A DNA stretch of 64,000 nucleotides from Thermodesulfobacteriota bacterium (GTDB taxonomy: Bacteria; Desulfobacterota_D; UBA1144; Nemesobacterales; Nemesobacteraceae). This document shows, piece after piece, positions 40,405 to 53,086 of this stretch. The first letter of the stretch is position 1. Each line of letters starts with the position of its first letter. The translations under genes were made by a program, and so were the position numbers. The stretch covers positions 1,088,001-1,152,000 of the forward strand of contig OZ241855.1 of the NCBI GenBank assembly GCA_965202785.1, in the 5' to 3' direction. The notes under the pieces are model-generated. The model made no database searches. It saw nothing but the letters and a program-made list of their open reading frames with translations, and was not told where the DNA came from.

Positions 40405-41411
40405 TTTTTTTGGTTCCTTCTAGTGGTTGAATAAGGGGATATATCAAGCGCAGACACCCTGTTATCCGCGTACATGTGGTAACCGAGCGTGGCTATCATG
40501 GCTGCGTTATCAGTGCAAAGAGCAGGCGAGGGGATAAAAACATTTATTCCTCCGCTTCTTATTCTTTCTTCGCTTAGCTGCCTTAGCCTTGAGTTGCAGG
40601 CTACCCCGCCCGCTAAAACAACGCTTCCCACTCCATTTTTCCTCGCAGCGTTAAGCGTCTTGTCAATAAGTGTTTCCACTATGGCTTCCTGATACCCTGC
40701 GCATACGTCAAAGAGATTCTCTTCGCTTTTAACCGGGTTTTTCCTTATGTGGTTAAGAAGAGCGGTTTTAAGCCCGCTGAAACTGAAATCAGGGGATTCA
40801 TTATTAAACGGTCTTGGGAAACTGATGGCGTCGGGGTCGCCGTTTTTTGAAAGCCTGTCTATTTCGACTCCTCCGGGATACCCGAGCCCGAGGGCCTTTG
40901 CTCCTTTGTCAAAAGCCTCCCCCGCGGCATCGTCTCTCGTACTTCCGAGCAGTTCGAAGTCAAGAAAGCCCCTTACCATGTAAAGGTTCGTGTGTCCCCC
41001 GGAAACTATGAGTGCGACAAACGGAAAATCGATTTCGTTCTCCAGATGCGCCACTGCTATGTGCGATTCCAAATGGTTTACTCCCACAAGAGGTTTTCCG
41101 TGGGAGAACGCAAGTGCCTTCGCGGTTGAAATCCCGACCATAAGCGAGCCTATGAGTCCGGGCCCCTGGGTTACCGCTACGGCATCCACTTCCCCGACGG
41201 AAGCCTCGGCGTTCTCAAGAGCCTGGTTGATTACCTGGAGGATTATTTCGGTGTGCATGCGCGAAGCTATCTCCGGGACGACGCCGCCGAAGGCGTTATG
41301 AACGTCAATCTGCGAGGAAACCACGTTTGAGAGCATATGTTTTCCGTCTCTTATAACTGCCGCGGAAGTCTCGTCGCATGATGTTTCAATACCCAGAATC
41401 AGAGAAGACAT
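40392..41411 (-). CDS. tsaD: tRNA N6-adenosine threonylcarbamoyltransferase
   Basis: GIETSCDET, GGVVPE, NHLESH, SGGHT, FSFSGLKT, TDNAAMIA. Confidence 0.98.
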   Translation of the reverse strand: MSSLILGIETSCDETSAAVIRDGKHMLSNVVSSQIDVHNAFGGVVPEIASRMHTEIILQVINQALENAEASVGEVDAVAVTQGPGLIGSLMVGISTAKALAFSHGKPLVGVNHLESHIAVAHLENEIDFPFVALIVSGGHTNLYMVRGFLDFELLGSTRDDAAGEAFDKGAKALGLGYPGGVEIDRLSKNGDPDAISFPRPFNNESPDFSFSGLKTALLNHIRKNPVKSEENLFDVCAGYQEAIVETLIDKTLNAARKNGVGSVVLAGGVACNSRLRQLSEERIRSGGINVFIPSPALCTDNAAMIATLGYHMYADNRVSALDISPYSTTRRNQKNHVS

Positions 41412-41576
41412 AAACCGAACCTTTTTCTAGAAATAATGGAGTAATAACTTTACCTAAGTGCCAGATTTAGTGAACCACGCGCGGAGAAAAGTTTTCGCTC
41501 TTACCTTGTTTCGTGCTAACATGTACCGATTGACATTGGCCCGGTTTAAAGCTGTTTTTATCTCAGAGAATTTATA

Positions 41577-42791
41577 ATGCAGAGAATTTTGAAGTTGCTG
41601 ATTCCGTGTTTTCTTGTTTTCCTATTATTTGGCTGCGGTTGCGGGGGAAAAGACGCTACAGACGGACAGGGTGAAGATCCTTTGGAACCGGAGTCACCGG
41701 AAGTTCCAGCTGCACCTTCGCCGCCTGAAGTTCCTACAGACCCAATGCTCTCGCACATATCTCTCCCTGAAGGCTTCTCCATTTCACTCTATTCAAACGA
41801 AGTACCCGGCGCGCGTTCGCTTGCACTTGGCGCCAAGGGCACATTGTTTGTCGGCACCAGGTCGAGGACCGTGTACGCCCTTAGCGATACAGACGGTGAT
41901 AATTATGCCGAAACCGTTCGTATAATCGCGGACAACCTCAATACTCCAAACGGCGTTGCGTTTCGAGACGGAGACCTTTACGTCGCGGAAATAAGCCGAA
42001 TTCTCCGCTATGACGATATCGAGGAACATCTCTCTTCCCCTCCGGACCCCGTAGTTATAATTGACACGCTTCCGAGGGATACACATCACGGGTGGAAGTT
42101 CATCCGATTCGGACCGGACGGAAAACTCTACGTTCCGGTCGGAGCGCCGTGCAACGTCTGCAAAAGAGACGACAGGCGCTACGCGGCGATCTCGAGAATT
42201 GATCCCGACGGGAGGAATCTTGAGGTTTTCGCCCATGGAGTGAGAAACACCGTGGGTTTTGACTGGCACCCGGAATCTGATGTGCTCTGGTTTACGGATA
42301 ACGGAAGGGATAACATCAGCAGAGACACGCAAATTAATGATAACAGCCCCCCGGACGAACTTAACCGTGCCGGGGAATCCGGACTTCATTTCGGTTTTCC
42401 TTACTGCCACGGGGCGAATGTTCAGGACCCGCGGTTCGGTTCGGAGCGCAGCTGTGAAGAGTTTACTCCTCCCCAGTGGGAACTTCCCGCGCACGTCGCG
42501 GCGCTCGGCATGCGGTTTTACACGGGTTCCATGTTCCCCGCGTCCTGGAGAAACGCGATTTTCATCGCGGAGCACGGTTCTTGGAACAGAAGCGTGCCCA
42601 CAGGTTACAGGGTGACCGCGGTACGCCTCAACGAATCGGGGAACGCGGCTTCATACGACGTGTTTGCGCAGGGGTGGCTCGGAAGCGACGGGACCGCCTG
42701 GGGAAGGCCGGTTGACGTACTCGTCACCCCGGATGGAGCTTTGCTTGTATCCGATGACCGCAGGGACGCTGTCTACAGGATTTCCCGCTGA
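41577..42791 (+). CDS. PQQ-dependent glucose/sorbosone dehydrogenase family lipoprotein
   Basis: Lipobox, HGWKFIRFGPDG, G.RN.VGFDW, HGSWNRS, GRPVDV. Confidence 0.9.
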   Translation: MQRILKLLIPCFLVFLLFGCGCGGKDATDGQGEDPLEPESPEVPAAPSPPEVPTDPMLSHISLPEGFSISLYSNEVPGARSLALGAKGTLFVGTRSRTVYALSDTDGDNYAETVRIIADNLNTPNGVAFRDGDLYVAEISRILRYDDIEEHLSSPPDPVVIIDTLPRDTHHGWKFIRFGPDGKLYVPVGAPCNVCKRDDRRYAAISRIDPDGRNLEVFAHGVRNTVGFDWHPESDVLWFTDNGRDNISRDTQINDNSPPDELNRAGESGLHFGFPYCHGANVQDPRFGSERSCEEFTPPQWELPAHVAALGMRFYTGSMFPASWRNAIFIAEHGSWNRSVPTGYRVTAVRLNESGNAASYDVFAQGWLGSDGTAWGRPVDVLVTPDGALLVSDDRRDAVYRISR

Positions 42792-42864
42792 CATTTCCAC
42801 TGCATAACCGGAGTTTTTTGTCGTCTGAATTATTTGTAAAGGGGCTTATAATCCCCTAAACTAA

Positions 42865-44784
<1,920 letters not shown>

Positions 44785-44852
44785 GTTGGCGAACGGCAGC
44801 GGATGATATTGACGAAACAGCCCCTTTTTTAATAATACGCCTGTAGCGATTC

Positions 44853-45458
44853 TCAAGCAGACTCTTTCTTGAAATAAGCAATCCGCTGTTCCTTGGCGGT
44901 ATACGCTTTATCTATCAACTGCTCTTCGGTGAGGAACAGGTCTCGATGGCCTCCCATTCCCAATTGCTCTAACAAGCGCTTCATCGCAACGTCGTGCCGT
45001 TCCACCCGTCCATCTGCCAGAATATGCGCGATATCTAATCCTGCTTTCACTAATTCACGTGCTACAAGAATCGCCCTGTGACAGTCAAGCGGGTCTTTCT
45101 CCGCGCACATTAAAGCAATCTTCTTGTGTTTGCTGTCTTTACGGACCCACTCTATTCCTTCCCTGAACAGCTTGGTTTTGGCGAGCAATCGGTACTTTAC
45201 TCTTCCATTTTCGTAACATTCAGGATTATCGGTTCGCGCGCCAAGCTCCTTGCCAAGAAAAACATATTCGATGCTGTGCACACGAAGGGAGTCAATCAGA
45301 TTTTCGCGATTGAATTGCGGGTAATAGCGACTATACGGCACTGACCTCACATCCGCAACTGCCTTTATCCGGTGTTGCTTTAAAAGCGAAATGTAATTTC
45401 CGATCTCATGAGTCGAGTGACCTATTGTGTAAATTGTCCTTTCTTTCACTGATTCCAT
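44853..45458 (-). CDS. DUF488-family protein
   Basis: IYTIGHS, DVRS.PYSR, LG.R, LMCAEKDP..CHR. Confidence 0.9.
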   Translation of the reverse strand: MESVKERTIYTIGHSTHEIGNYISLLKQHRIKAVADVRSVPYSRYYPQFNRENLIDSLRVHSIEYVFLGKELGARTDNPECYENGRVKYRLLAKTKLFREGIEWVRKDSKHKKIALMCAEKDPLDCHRAILVARELVKAGLDIAHILADGRVERHDVAMKRLLEQLGMGGHRDLFLTEEQLIDKAYTAKEQRIAYFKKESA

Positions 45459-45533
45459 AATCGCGGACCCTGAGATAGCGTTCACGTCGACAAAGCCGAA
45501 TTCAGAACTGAGTCGAGTAATTCTGTAAATTCG

Positions 45534-46148
45534 TCAAGGTTGTCGCTTAATTTCACGTTCCACGTCCGAAATAGTCTTCTTCAGGTTCGCGTAGCTGCAC
45601 TCGCGCGGCGAGAGTTTCTTCAGGGAACCTAGGCGAATGGTTTTTTGCTCCGGGCATCTTTGGTCAAGAACCTTAGTTGAAAGAACGTAAAAATCCCAGG
45701 CAGCAGTGTCAAGCGGGTTAAAAGGGGGCTTTTTCTTCGTAAAGACGCAGAATACGTACATGTCTGCCCAGCGCTGCTTAACGTCTCCTCCGGTACTCTC
45801 TCCGGTTGCGGGGTCCCAGCTCCAAAAGCGAGGAGCGATGGTGAATTCGATAGGGAAGTATTCTTTCTGCTTCCATGACTGCACGTACGCGGAGCTTTTG
45901 ACTTCAATTGTCGTGTCTGATTCCATGCGCAGGTCATACCCTCCCCATTCCACTCTAGGTTCTTTGTGAAGGTTGAGCGCCGTTGCGACGAGGAACTCCG
46001 CCAGAATCCCGCGGGTGGTATTGTCCAGAAGATTGGAACCTGACCATCTCCAGTAGTCAGACAGCTTCAGGGCGGGTGCACCCCCTCCCTGGAACGGTTC
46101 GTCGCCATCCAGCAGTTCGGTTTTCTGTTGAGACAGTCCGTCGTTCAT
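45534..46148 (-). CDS. Hypothetical protein with PD-(D/E)XK nuclease-like motif
   Basis: RGILAEFLV...YDL......IEVKSSAY.QSW. Confidence 0.65.
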   Translation of the reverse strand: MNDGLSQQKTELLDGDEPFQGGGAPALKLSDYWRWSGSNLLDNTTRGILAEFLVATALNLHKEPRVEWGGYDLRMESDTTIEVKSSAYVQSWKQKEYFPIEFTIAPRFWSWDPATGESTGGDVKQRWADMYVFCVFTKKKPPFNPLDTAAWDFYVLSTKVLDQRCPEQKTIRLGSLKKLSPRECSYANLKKTISDVEREIKRQP

Positions 46149-46467
46149 GAATACAGCATACATTGTGAGGCCGTATTCGGAAAACATGGTGCTTAATGTC
46201 TTTACCGGTGCGCTTGCCAAGACTATAACAGAAATTTTTACGCAGAAAGCAGGAAGTTTTCCATGCTGCCTGATATGTGAAAACTGCCCGGATTCTTCCT
46301 GAGCATTCGTGGTGCTTTGACGGTTGGAACAAGTCTTCCCTCTTGGTGTATTTTTGCCGTAATCTTCCGTATAATTTATTGTAGGTAGCGAGAAAGAGGA
46401 TTAAGCTGTGCGGAATTGGCTCAGTTGCTATGTGTAAAGTTTCTCTGAACCTTAATGCCATGAACAA

Positions 46468-46770
46468 ATGAGTGTGCAAATAGATATACCAAAAGAGATG
46501 GTTGCGGAATTCTGTCGCCGTAACCGCATAACGCGGCTGTCGCTTTTCGGTTCAGCGATCAGGGATGATTTTGGCCCCGACAGCGATATAGATGTACTGG
46601 TGGAATTCGAGCGGGACACTCGAATCGGTTTTATTACGCTTGCGGGATTGGAAATTGAACTGACCGAAATCCTGGGTCGCAACGCGGAACTGCACACCGT
46701 GAAAGGACTTCATCCCAGATTTCGAGATGAAGTGTTGCGGTTGGCAGAGGTGCAGTATGAGCAGGCGTGA
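46468..46770 (+). CDS. MntA-type minimal nucleotidyltransferase antitoxin
   Basis: LFGS..RDDF.PDSDIDVLVEF. Confidence 0.9.
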   Translation: MSVQIDIPKEMVAEFCRRNRITRLSLFGSAIRDDFGPDSDIDVLVEFERDTRIGFITLAGLEIELTEILGRNAELHTVKGLHPRFRDEVLRLAEVQYEQA

Positions 46771-46868
46771 TGATCATACGAGCATCTGGGATAGGCTCAG
46801 TCATGCGAGAGAAGAAATTTCCAGACCTCTGGACTGCATAAGAACTCTTTATGTTTCAGTAGTTTGAT
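46757..46868 (+). pseudogene. Truncated HepT/DUF86 (HEPN) toxin remnant
   Basis: Start overlaps the MntA end; MSRRDDHTSIWDRLSHARE resembles a DUF86 N-terminus, then diverges and stops. Confidence 0.5.
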
Positions 46869-47069
46869 CTTGTTTTGGAACGGGCTATTGCTCGTGAATA
46901 CAGAACACATTGGAAGCTGTATACGGAAAACTTGGTATACGTACCCTAGCTAACTCGGTCATCAAGGTCACGACGCAAAATTCTATTCGGAAATCCATAG
47001 TCTCTCCATGTTGCCTGTCAGCTTGTTATTAAGTATATACTTGCAACCTGTTACAAGCTTTTCCGTTCC

Positions 47070-50000
47070 ATGCCCAAGCGAACTGACATAAAAACCATAA
47101 TGGTCATCGGCTCCGGTCCGATAGTCATAGGACAGGCCTGCGAGTTTGACTATTCAGGCACCCAGGCGTGCAAGGTGCTTAAGGAAGAAGGCTACAGGGT
47201 GGTTCTGGTGAACAGCAACCCGGCCACCATAATGACCGACCCGGATTTTGCCGATAGCACTTACGTGGAACCGCTCGTTCCCGAAATACTGGAAAAAATA
47301 ATAGAGAAGGAAAAGCCCGATGCCCTTCTGCCCACGATAGGCGGACAAACAGCTCTTAACCTTGCCGTTTCGCTTGCCGAATCAGGCGCGCTTGAGCGCC
47401 ACAACGTGGAACTCATAGGCGCGAAAATCCCGGCGATAAAAAAAGCCGAGAACAGGGATCTTTTTAAAAAAGCCATAGCGGACATAGGCCTTGAGGTGCC
47501 TAGAAGCGGCATCGCGCATAATATGGAAGAGGCTTGGGACGTCGTGGAGGAAATAGGGTTTCCGGTCATCATACGGCCTTCTTTTACCCTTGGAGGAACC
47601 GGCGGAAGCGTCGCCTACAACAAAGAGGAATTCCAGGAGTTCGCCAAGGCGGGAATCGAAAGCTCTCCGGCAAGCGAGATACTCATAGAGGAATCCATAG
47701 TGGGGTGGAAGGAATTTGAATACGAGGTAATGCGGGATCACATGGATAACGTCGTCATAATCTGCTCCATAGAGAATTTCGATGCCATGGGCGTTCACAC
47801 GGGAGACAGCATAACGGTAGCTCCCGCACAGACTCTTACCGACAAGGAATACCAGCATATGCGCGACGCGTCCATAGCGATAATAAGGGAAATCGGCGTT
47901 GAAACAGGCGGCTCGAACATCCAGTTCGCGGTTAACCCCAAAGACGGGCGGATGATGGTGATAGAGATGAATCCGAGGGTTTCGCGAAGCTCCGCGCTTG
48001 CCTCAAAAGCCACCGGGTTTCCGATCGCCAAGATAGCCGCGAAGCTTGCAGTCGGCTATTCTCTCGATGAGATCTCAAACGATATAACGAAGTACACCCC
48101 CGCGTCTTTTGAACCGACGATAGATTACGTTGTGGTGAAAATACCGAGGTTCGCGTTTGAGAAGTTTCCGAAGACGAGCCCGACTCTCACCACGCAGATG
48201 AAATCAGTGGGGGAAGCCATGTCCATGGGAAGGACTTTCAAGGAGTCTCTGCAGAAGGCGATGAGATCTCTTGAAATAGATTCCTACGGTTTTGAGAAGG
48301 TGTCTGATGACCCCGAAGAGGTAAGGGAAGAACTCAGGGTTCCCTCCCCTCGTCGGCTCTGGTACATAGCCGACGCATTTCGTCTGGGCATGGACTTGGA
48401 GGAAATCTACTCGATCTCTCACGTGGACCCGTGGTTTCTTAGGAATATAAAGCAGATCGTCGATTTCGAATCGGATATTGCTAAGGACGGGTTTAACCGC
48501 GAGACCATACTCGAGGCCAAGCGCCACGGTTTTTCCGACATTGAGATCGCAAGGATTCTTTCCACGGAAGAAGGGGAAGTGAGGGATTTCCGTCTGCGCG
48601 AGGGAATTGAGCCTGCTTTTAAGATGGTTGATACCTGCGCCGCCGAATTCGAGGCTTACACACCTTATCTCTACTCGACTTTCGAGAGCGAAAGCGAAGC
48701 GTTTCCCACGGACAGAAAAAAAGTTGTGATACTTGGCGGGGGACCGAACCGCATAGGTCAGGGCATAGAGTTTGACTATTGTTGCGTGCACGCGTCTTTT
48801 GCGCTCCGGGAAGAAGGGTACGAGGCCGTTATGGTTAACTGCAATCCCGAGACCGTGAGCACGGATTACGACACCTCGGACAGGCTTTATTTTGAACCGC
48901 TTACGCTTGAAGACACCTTGGCCCTTATAAGAAGGGAAGACCCATGGGGAGTCATAGTTCACCTTGGGGGCCAGACCCCACTTCGCCTAGCCCTCGCGCT
49001 TGAGGAGGAGGGGGCGAAAATAATAGGAACTTCCCCCGAGAGCATAGATCTTGCCGAGGACAGGGACAGATTCAGAAAGCTCGTTTCGGATCTGGAACTC
49101 CTCCAGCCCCAAAGCGATACCGCGAGAAGCGAAGGGGAAGCCATTGGCATAGCTCGCGAAATAGGATATCCGGTCATGGTCCGCCCGTCTTACGTTCTGG
49201 GCGGTCGTGCCATGGAGGTAGTTTACGACGAGGAGTCTCTTCGGACTTACATACGGGAAGCCGCGAGCGTTTCGCCGAACCACCCGATATTGATAGACAA
49301 GTTCCTGAAGGACGCAAAGGAAGTCGACGTGGACGCGGTCTGCGACGGGAAAACCGTTGTTGTGGGCGGGGTGCTCGAGCACATCGAGGAAGCAGGGGTT
49401 CATTCCGGAGACAGTGCGGCGATTCTGCCCCCGTTTTCGATGGAACCTGAGATTATCGAGGAAATAAAATCCCAGACCAAAAAACTTGCGCTTTCCCTGA
49501 ATGTGAAAGGGCTTGTTAACATCCAGTTTGCCGTAAAGGACGGAAAGGTTTACATAATCGAGGTAAATCCCAGAGCGAGCCGCACCGTTCCTTTCGTGAG
49601 TAAGGCCATAGGGGTTCAGTTAGCTAAAATAGGGACCAAGGTGATGACTGGAAAATCTCTTGAGGAACTTGGCTACACGGAGGAAATCGTCCCGGAGCAC
49701 TACTGCGTAAAGGAATCAGTCTTTCCTTTCGTCAAGTTCCCGGAAGTTGATACGATTCTGGGCCCGGAAATGAAATCCACCGGCGAGGTCATGGGAATTG
49801 CTCCCGACCTTGACCAGGCGTTTGCCAAATCCCAGATTGCGGCCGGCAACAGCCTTCCCTCCAGCGGAGTGGCCTTCATAAGCGTAAAAGACGAGGACAA
49901 GTCCGACAAGATGCTTGATATAGCCCAGAGGCTAAGTGATACCGGTTTTGATATAATGGCTACCGGGGGCACATCTGAATTTCTCAATAAAAATGGTATA

Positions 50001-50258
50001 TTTTCCCGAACGGTGAAAAAGGTTAAGCAGGGCCGTCCCCACATAGTCGATCACCTTAAAAACGGTGAGGTGCAGTTGGTTATAAATACCACTTTCGGGA
50101 AAAAGGAGATCGCGCAGTCATATTCGATAAGAAGGACCGCGCTTATAAACAATGTTCCTTACTTTACCACTCTCGCTGGCGCGGTCGCCGGAGTCAGTGC
50201 TATCGAGGCCTTGGTGAGAATCGGTCTCGACGTAAAGGCTCTGCAAAGCTACTATTAA
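47070..50258 (+). CDS. carB: Carbamoyl-phosphate synthase large subunit
   Basis: [30 protein letters not shown] domain. Confidence 0.99.
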   Translation: MPKRTDIKTIMVIGSGPIVIGQACEFDYSGTQACKVLKEEGYRVVLVNSNPATIMTDPDFADSTYVEPLVPEILEKIIEKEKPDALLPTIGGQTALNLAVSLAESGALERHNVELIGAKIPAIKKAENRDLFKKAIADIGLEVPRSGIAHNMEEAWDVVEEIGFPVIIRPSFTLGGTGGSVAYNKEEFQEFAKAGIESSPASEILIEESIVGWKEFEYEVMRDHMDNVVIICSIENFDAMGVHTGDSITVAPAQTLTDKEYQHMRDASIAIIREIGVETGGSNIQFAVNPKDGRMMVIEMNPRVSRSSALASKATGFPIAKIAAKLAVGYSLDEISNDITKYTPASFEPTIDYVVVKIPRFAFEKFPKTSPTLTTQMKSVGEAMSMGRTFKESLQKAMRSLEIDSYGFEKVSDDPEEVREELRVPSPRRLWYIADAFRLGMDLEEIYSISHVDPWFLRNIKQIVDFESDIAKDGFNRETILEAKRHGFSDIEIARILSTEEGEVRDFRLREGIEPAFKMVDTCAAEFEAYTPYLYSTFESESEAFPTDRKKVVILGGGPNRIGQGIEFDYCCVHASFALREEGYEAVMVNCNPETVSTDYDTSDRLYFEPLTLEDTLALIRREDPWGVIVHLGGQTPLRLALALEEEGAKIIGTSPESIDLAEDRDRFRKLVSDLELLQPQSDTARSEGEAIGIAREIGYPVMVRPSYVLGGRAMEVVYDEESLRTYIREAASVSPNHPILIDKFLKDAKEVDVDAVCDGKTVVVGGVLEHIEEAGVHSGDSAAILPPFSMEPEIIEEIKSQTKKLALSLNVKGLVNIQFAVKDGKVYIIEVNPRASRTVPFVSKAIGVQLAKIGTKVMTGKSLEELGYTEEIVPEHYCVKESVFPFVKFPEVDTILGPEMKSTGEVMGIAPDLDQAFAKSQIAAGNSLPSSGVAFISVKDEDKSDKMLDIAQRLSDTGFDIMATGGTSEFLNKNGIFSRTVKKVKQGRPHIVDHLKNGEVQLVINTTFGKKEIAQSYSIRRTALINNVPYFTTLAGAVAGVSAIEALVRIGLDVKALQSYY

Positions 50259-50296
50259 CACGGCTGGGGTATGATTGAGGCGAGGAGGAGATATTG

Positions 50297-50773
50297 ATGA
50301 GTGTCCAAAGAGTTCTAATTACTCCTGATGGCTGGAAAAAGCTTCGGGACGAACTGCACAGGTTAAAAACCGTCGAAAGACAGGAAGTAATCAAGCTTAT
50401 AGAATATGCGAGGTCCCTCGGGGATCTTTCCGAAAACGCCGAGTACGAGACTGCCAAGCAGAGACAGTCGTTCATAGAGGGAAGGATACAGGAAATAGAA
50501 GATCGCCTTGGCCGCGCGGAAGTAATTGACCCCGAAAAAATCACTGCCCGGGACAGGGTGGTTTTCGGTCTTACGGTTACGGTGGAGGATATCGATTCCG
50601 GGGACATAAAAAAGTACAAGCTTGTGGGAGAGGATGAATCCGAGCCCGAAGATGGCTTTATATCGGTTACCTCTCCGGTCGGCAGTGCGCTTATCGGGAA
50701 GAGAGTCGATGACGAGATACAGGTCAGGGTTCCCGGGGGAATTAAGGAATTTCTGGTTATTAATATAGAATAA
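50297..50773 (+). CDS. greA: Transcription elongation factor GreA
   Basis: GDLSENAEY, ISV.SP.G.ALIG. Confidence 0.96.
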   Translation: MSVQRVLITPDGWKKLRDELHRLKTVERQEVIKLIEYARSLGDLSENAEYETAKQRQSFIEGRIQEIEDRLGRAEVIDPEKITARDRVVFGLTVTVEDIDSGDIKKYKLVGEDESEPEDGFISVTSPVGSALIGKRVDDEIQVRVPGGIKEFLVINIE

Positions 50774-50782
50774 TCTTTTGGT

Positions 50783-51364
50783 ATGGGCAGGCCGGTTGAC
50801 AATCTCAAGAAATTCATACTGTTTTCAATCGTCTTCCATGTTCTTATATCTATTGCTTGGGGGAAGATTGTCGTGCAGAAGAGTGTTCCCGTGTACGGCG
50901 ATCACATAGAGGTTTCCCTGAGGCATTTTGAATTCAAAAAACCCGCACCCGCAAAAAAAGTCGTAAAGAAAAAAAAGGTTGTTAAGAAGAAAAAAGAAAA
51001 AGCCGTAAAGGAAGTGAAAAAGCGGGATGATTCCATAGCGCTTAAAAAGGAAGCAAAACCCGCCCCGGAGGAGCAATCCGAAGAGAGTTATGCCATCGCG
51101 AGGCCATCTTACGGTTTCACCCCCAGACCTGGCTATCCCGCGGTTGCCATAAGGCGCGGTTACGAGGGCAGCGTGTTGCTTAATGTGCATGTGCTTCCGA
51201 ACGGGAAGCCCGAGGAAGTAACCGTCTTCAGGTCCTCCGGTCACAAGGTTCTTGATAATGCTGCTTTGAAGGCTGTAAGAAAGTGGAAATTCGTACCGGC
51301 GCAAAGAGGCTTCAAGGCAGTTTCAAGCTGGGTCAAGGTTCCGATAGAGTTTCGGCTGGAATGA
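50783..51364 (+). CDS. TonB-family energy transducer
   Basis: TM helix with S..H, Lys-rich linker, YP..A...G.EG.V, SSG...LD.AAL.AV. Confidence 0.88.
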   Translation: MGRPVDNLKKFILFSIVFHVLISIAWGKIVVQKSVPVYGDHIEVSLRHFEFKKPAPAKKVVKKKKVVKKKKEKAVKEVKKRDDSIALKKEAKPAPEEQSEESYAIARPSYGFTPRPGYPAVAIRRGYEGSVLLNVHVLPNGKPEEVTVFRSSGHKVLDNAALKAVRKWKFVPAQRGFKAVSSWVKVPIEFRLE

Positions 51365-51428
51365 GGCTTAACCATCTGCCGGGAGTTTCCGGGATTTTCT
51401 TTCGGGGTCGGGGTCTCCTGTTTTTTTC

Positions 51429-51917
51429 ATGAGAAATTATCTAAGCGTGTTCGTTATATCTTTTCTGGTAGTATTGCTTGACCAGCTGACCAAGTGGCTC
51501 GTTAAGGCCCACGTGCCGTTTCTATCGAGGGTAAACGTGTTTTCATGGTTCGATATAACGCATTTGCGAAATCCGGGAATCGCGTTTGGCATGTTAAGGA
51601 ACATGTCTGAAGATATAAGGCTTTATTTTTATATAGTTGTTTTCGTTTTGGTGCTGATCGTGATTTTTTTCTTTCTTCGCAGACTTGAAGAGGAGCAGAG
51701 AGTTTTTCGATATGCGCTTGCCTTTGTGCTGGGGGGAGCTATCGGAAACTCAATAGACAGGTTTACCTACGGATACGTGACCGATTTTATCGCGGTCTAC
51801 TGGCCAGGGAACCCGGACCTGCTCTGGCCTCCTTTTAACGTGGCCGACTCTGCGATCACGGTCGGAGCGATTTCGATCCTGATTTCCGGAGTCGTGTGGC
51901 GGGGCAAGGAGAATTGA
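51429..51917 (+). CDS. lspA: Lipoprotein signal peptidase
   Basis: DQLTK, N.G.AFG, GAIGN.IDR, FNVADS. Confidence 0.96.
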   Translation: MRNYLSVFVISFLVVLLDQLTKWLVKAHVPFLSRVNVFSWFDITHLRNPGIAFGMLRNMSEDIRLYFYIVVFVLVLIVIFFFLRRLEEEQRVFRYALAFVLGGAIGNSIDRFTYGYVTDFIAVYWPGNPDLLWPPFNVADSAITVGAISILISGVVWRGKEN

Positions 51918-52550
51918 ATGTTTAGCGGTATAGTTGAAGACATTGGAACAGTCCAGGCGCTTGAGGAAAAGGACAAGGGCGTTCTTTTAAGAATCGGGAT
52001 TCGGAAGATCGATGCCGGGGAACTGGATCTGGGGGAGAGCGTGGCCGTAAACGGTATATGCCTTACGGTAGTTTCTGCAGGAGACGGTAGTTTTTCCGTT
52101 GACGCGTCCCACGAAACGCTTTCCAGAACAAACCTTTCCGGCCTCCGGGCGGGGAGCGGAGTGAATCTCGAGAGATCTCTTCGGGTCGGAGACAGGATGG
52201 GTGGACATATCGTCACGGGCCACGTGGACGGAGTCGGGGTCGTTCAGTCCATTACTCCGGTAGGAGAATCCAAGGTTTTTTCCTTCTCGATTCCCGCAGC
52301 CCTTGCGAAATATGTGGTCGAGAAAGGATCGGTCGCTGTTGACGGCGTAAGTCTCACCGTCAATTCGGTAAAAGACACTGAGTTTTCGGTAAACATAATT
52401 CCCTACACGCTTCGGGAGACGACTTTTTCCGAATTTCGCCGGGGTAGGGAAGTCAATGTAGAGTGCGACATAATAGGTAAGTATGTTGAGAAAATGCTCT
52501 CCGGCACAAAACCCCCTGCCGAGGGTTCTCCCGTCGGAAGAAAGTTGTAG
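51918..52550 (+). CDS. ribE: Riboflavin synthase (alpha chain)
   Basis: MFSGIVE, NGICLTV, GGHIVTGHVD, DGVSLTV. Confidence 0.96.
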   Translation: MFSGIVEDIGTVQALEEKDKGVLLRIGIRKIDAGELDLGESVAVNGICLTVVSAGDGSFSVDASHETLSRTNLSGLRAGSGVNLERSLRVGDRMGGHIVTGHVDGVGVVQSITPVGESKVFSFSIPAALAKYVVEKGSVAVDGVSLTVNSVKDTEFSVNIIPYTLRETTFSEFRRGREVNVECDIIGKYVEKMLSGTKPPAEGSPVGRKL

Positions 52551-52556
52551 GTTGAT

Positions 52557-53069
52557 TTGAGCGAGAAACGACATATTTTTCTTACGGGGTTTATGGGAGC
52601 GGGCAAAACAAGCGTCGGCAGGGAGCTTTCCGGAAAACTGCGAATGGATTTCTACGATCTTGACAGTGAAGTGGAGCGGGCCGAAGGTCTCTCTGTAACC
52701 GAGATTTTTGAAGCGGAGGGAGAAGAGAGCTTCAGGCGGAAGGAAACTGAGATGCTCGCCATCTTTTCGCAGAAAACATCCCCGGCCGTGATCTCAACGG
52801 GGGGAGGTGCGGTTCTGCGAGAGCAGAATCGCGAAATAATGGAGGCCTCAGGTGAGATTTTCTATCTGCGGGCGGATATCGATACCCTCTGGAACAGGGT
52901 GAGGAGCAAGGAGGGGAGGCCCCTTCTTCATGTCAAGGACCCTAGGGCCGAGTTCTATGAGCTTTTCATGAAAAGAAAGGACATTTACGAACTCTCGCCG
53001 CATATTGTTTTTACGGATGATATGAGCATCTCCGAAGTTGCTGATAAAATAATCGGGATGCTCGAATGA
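52557..53069 (+). CDS. aroK: Shikimate kinase
   Basis: GFMGAGKT, GEESFR..E, STGGG, RPLL. Confidence 0.95.
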   Translation: MSEKRHIFLTGFMGAGKTSVGRELSGKLRMDFYDLDSEVERAEGLSVTEIFEAEGEESFRRKETEMLAIFSQKTSPAVISTGGGAVLREQNREIMEASGEIFYLRADIDTLWNRVRSKEGRPLLHVKDPRAEFYELFMKRKDIYELSPHIVFTDDMSISEVADKIIGMLE

Positions 53070-53086
53070 AACTGGAGGCTTTAACT

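Larger units (their letters stand above)
39470..40469 (+). repeat. Diverged tandem duplication with a unit of about 500 bp
   Basis: Upstream region, Dabb gene and the tsaD 3' tail are all repeated. Confidence 0.85.

Noticed and set aside
50950-51010. A-runs in tonB as possible slippage sites
   Set aside because: They are explained by the Lys-rich linker, and the ORF is intact with no alternative-frame partner.
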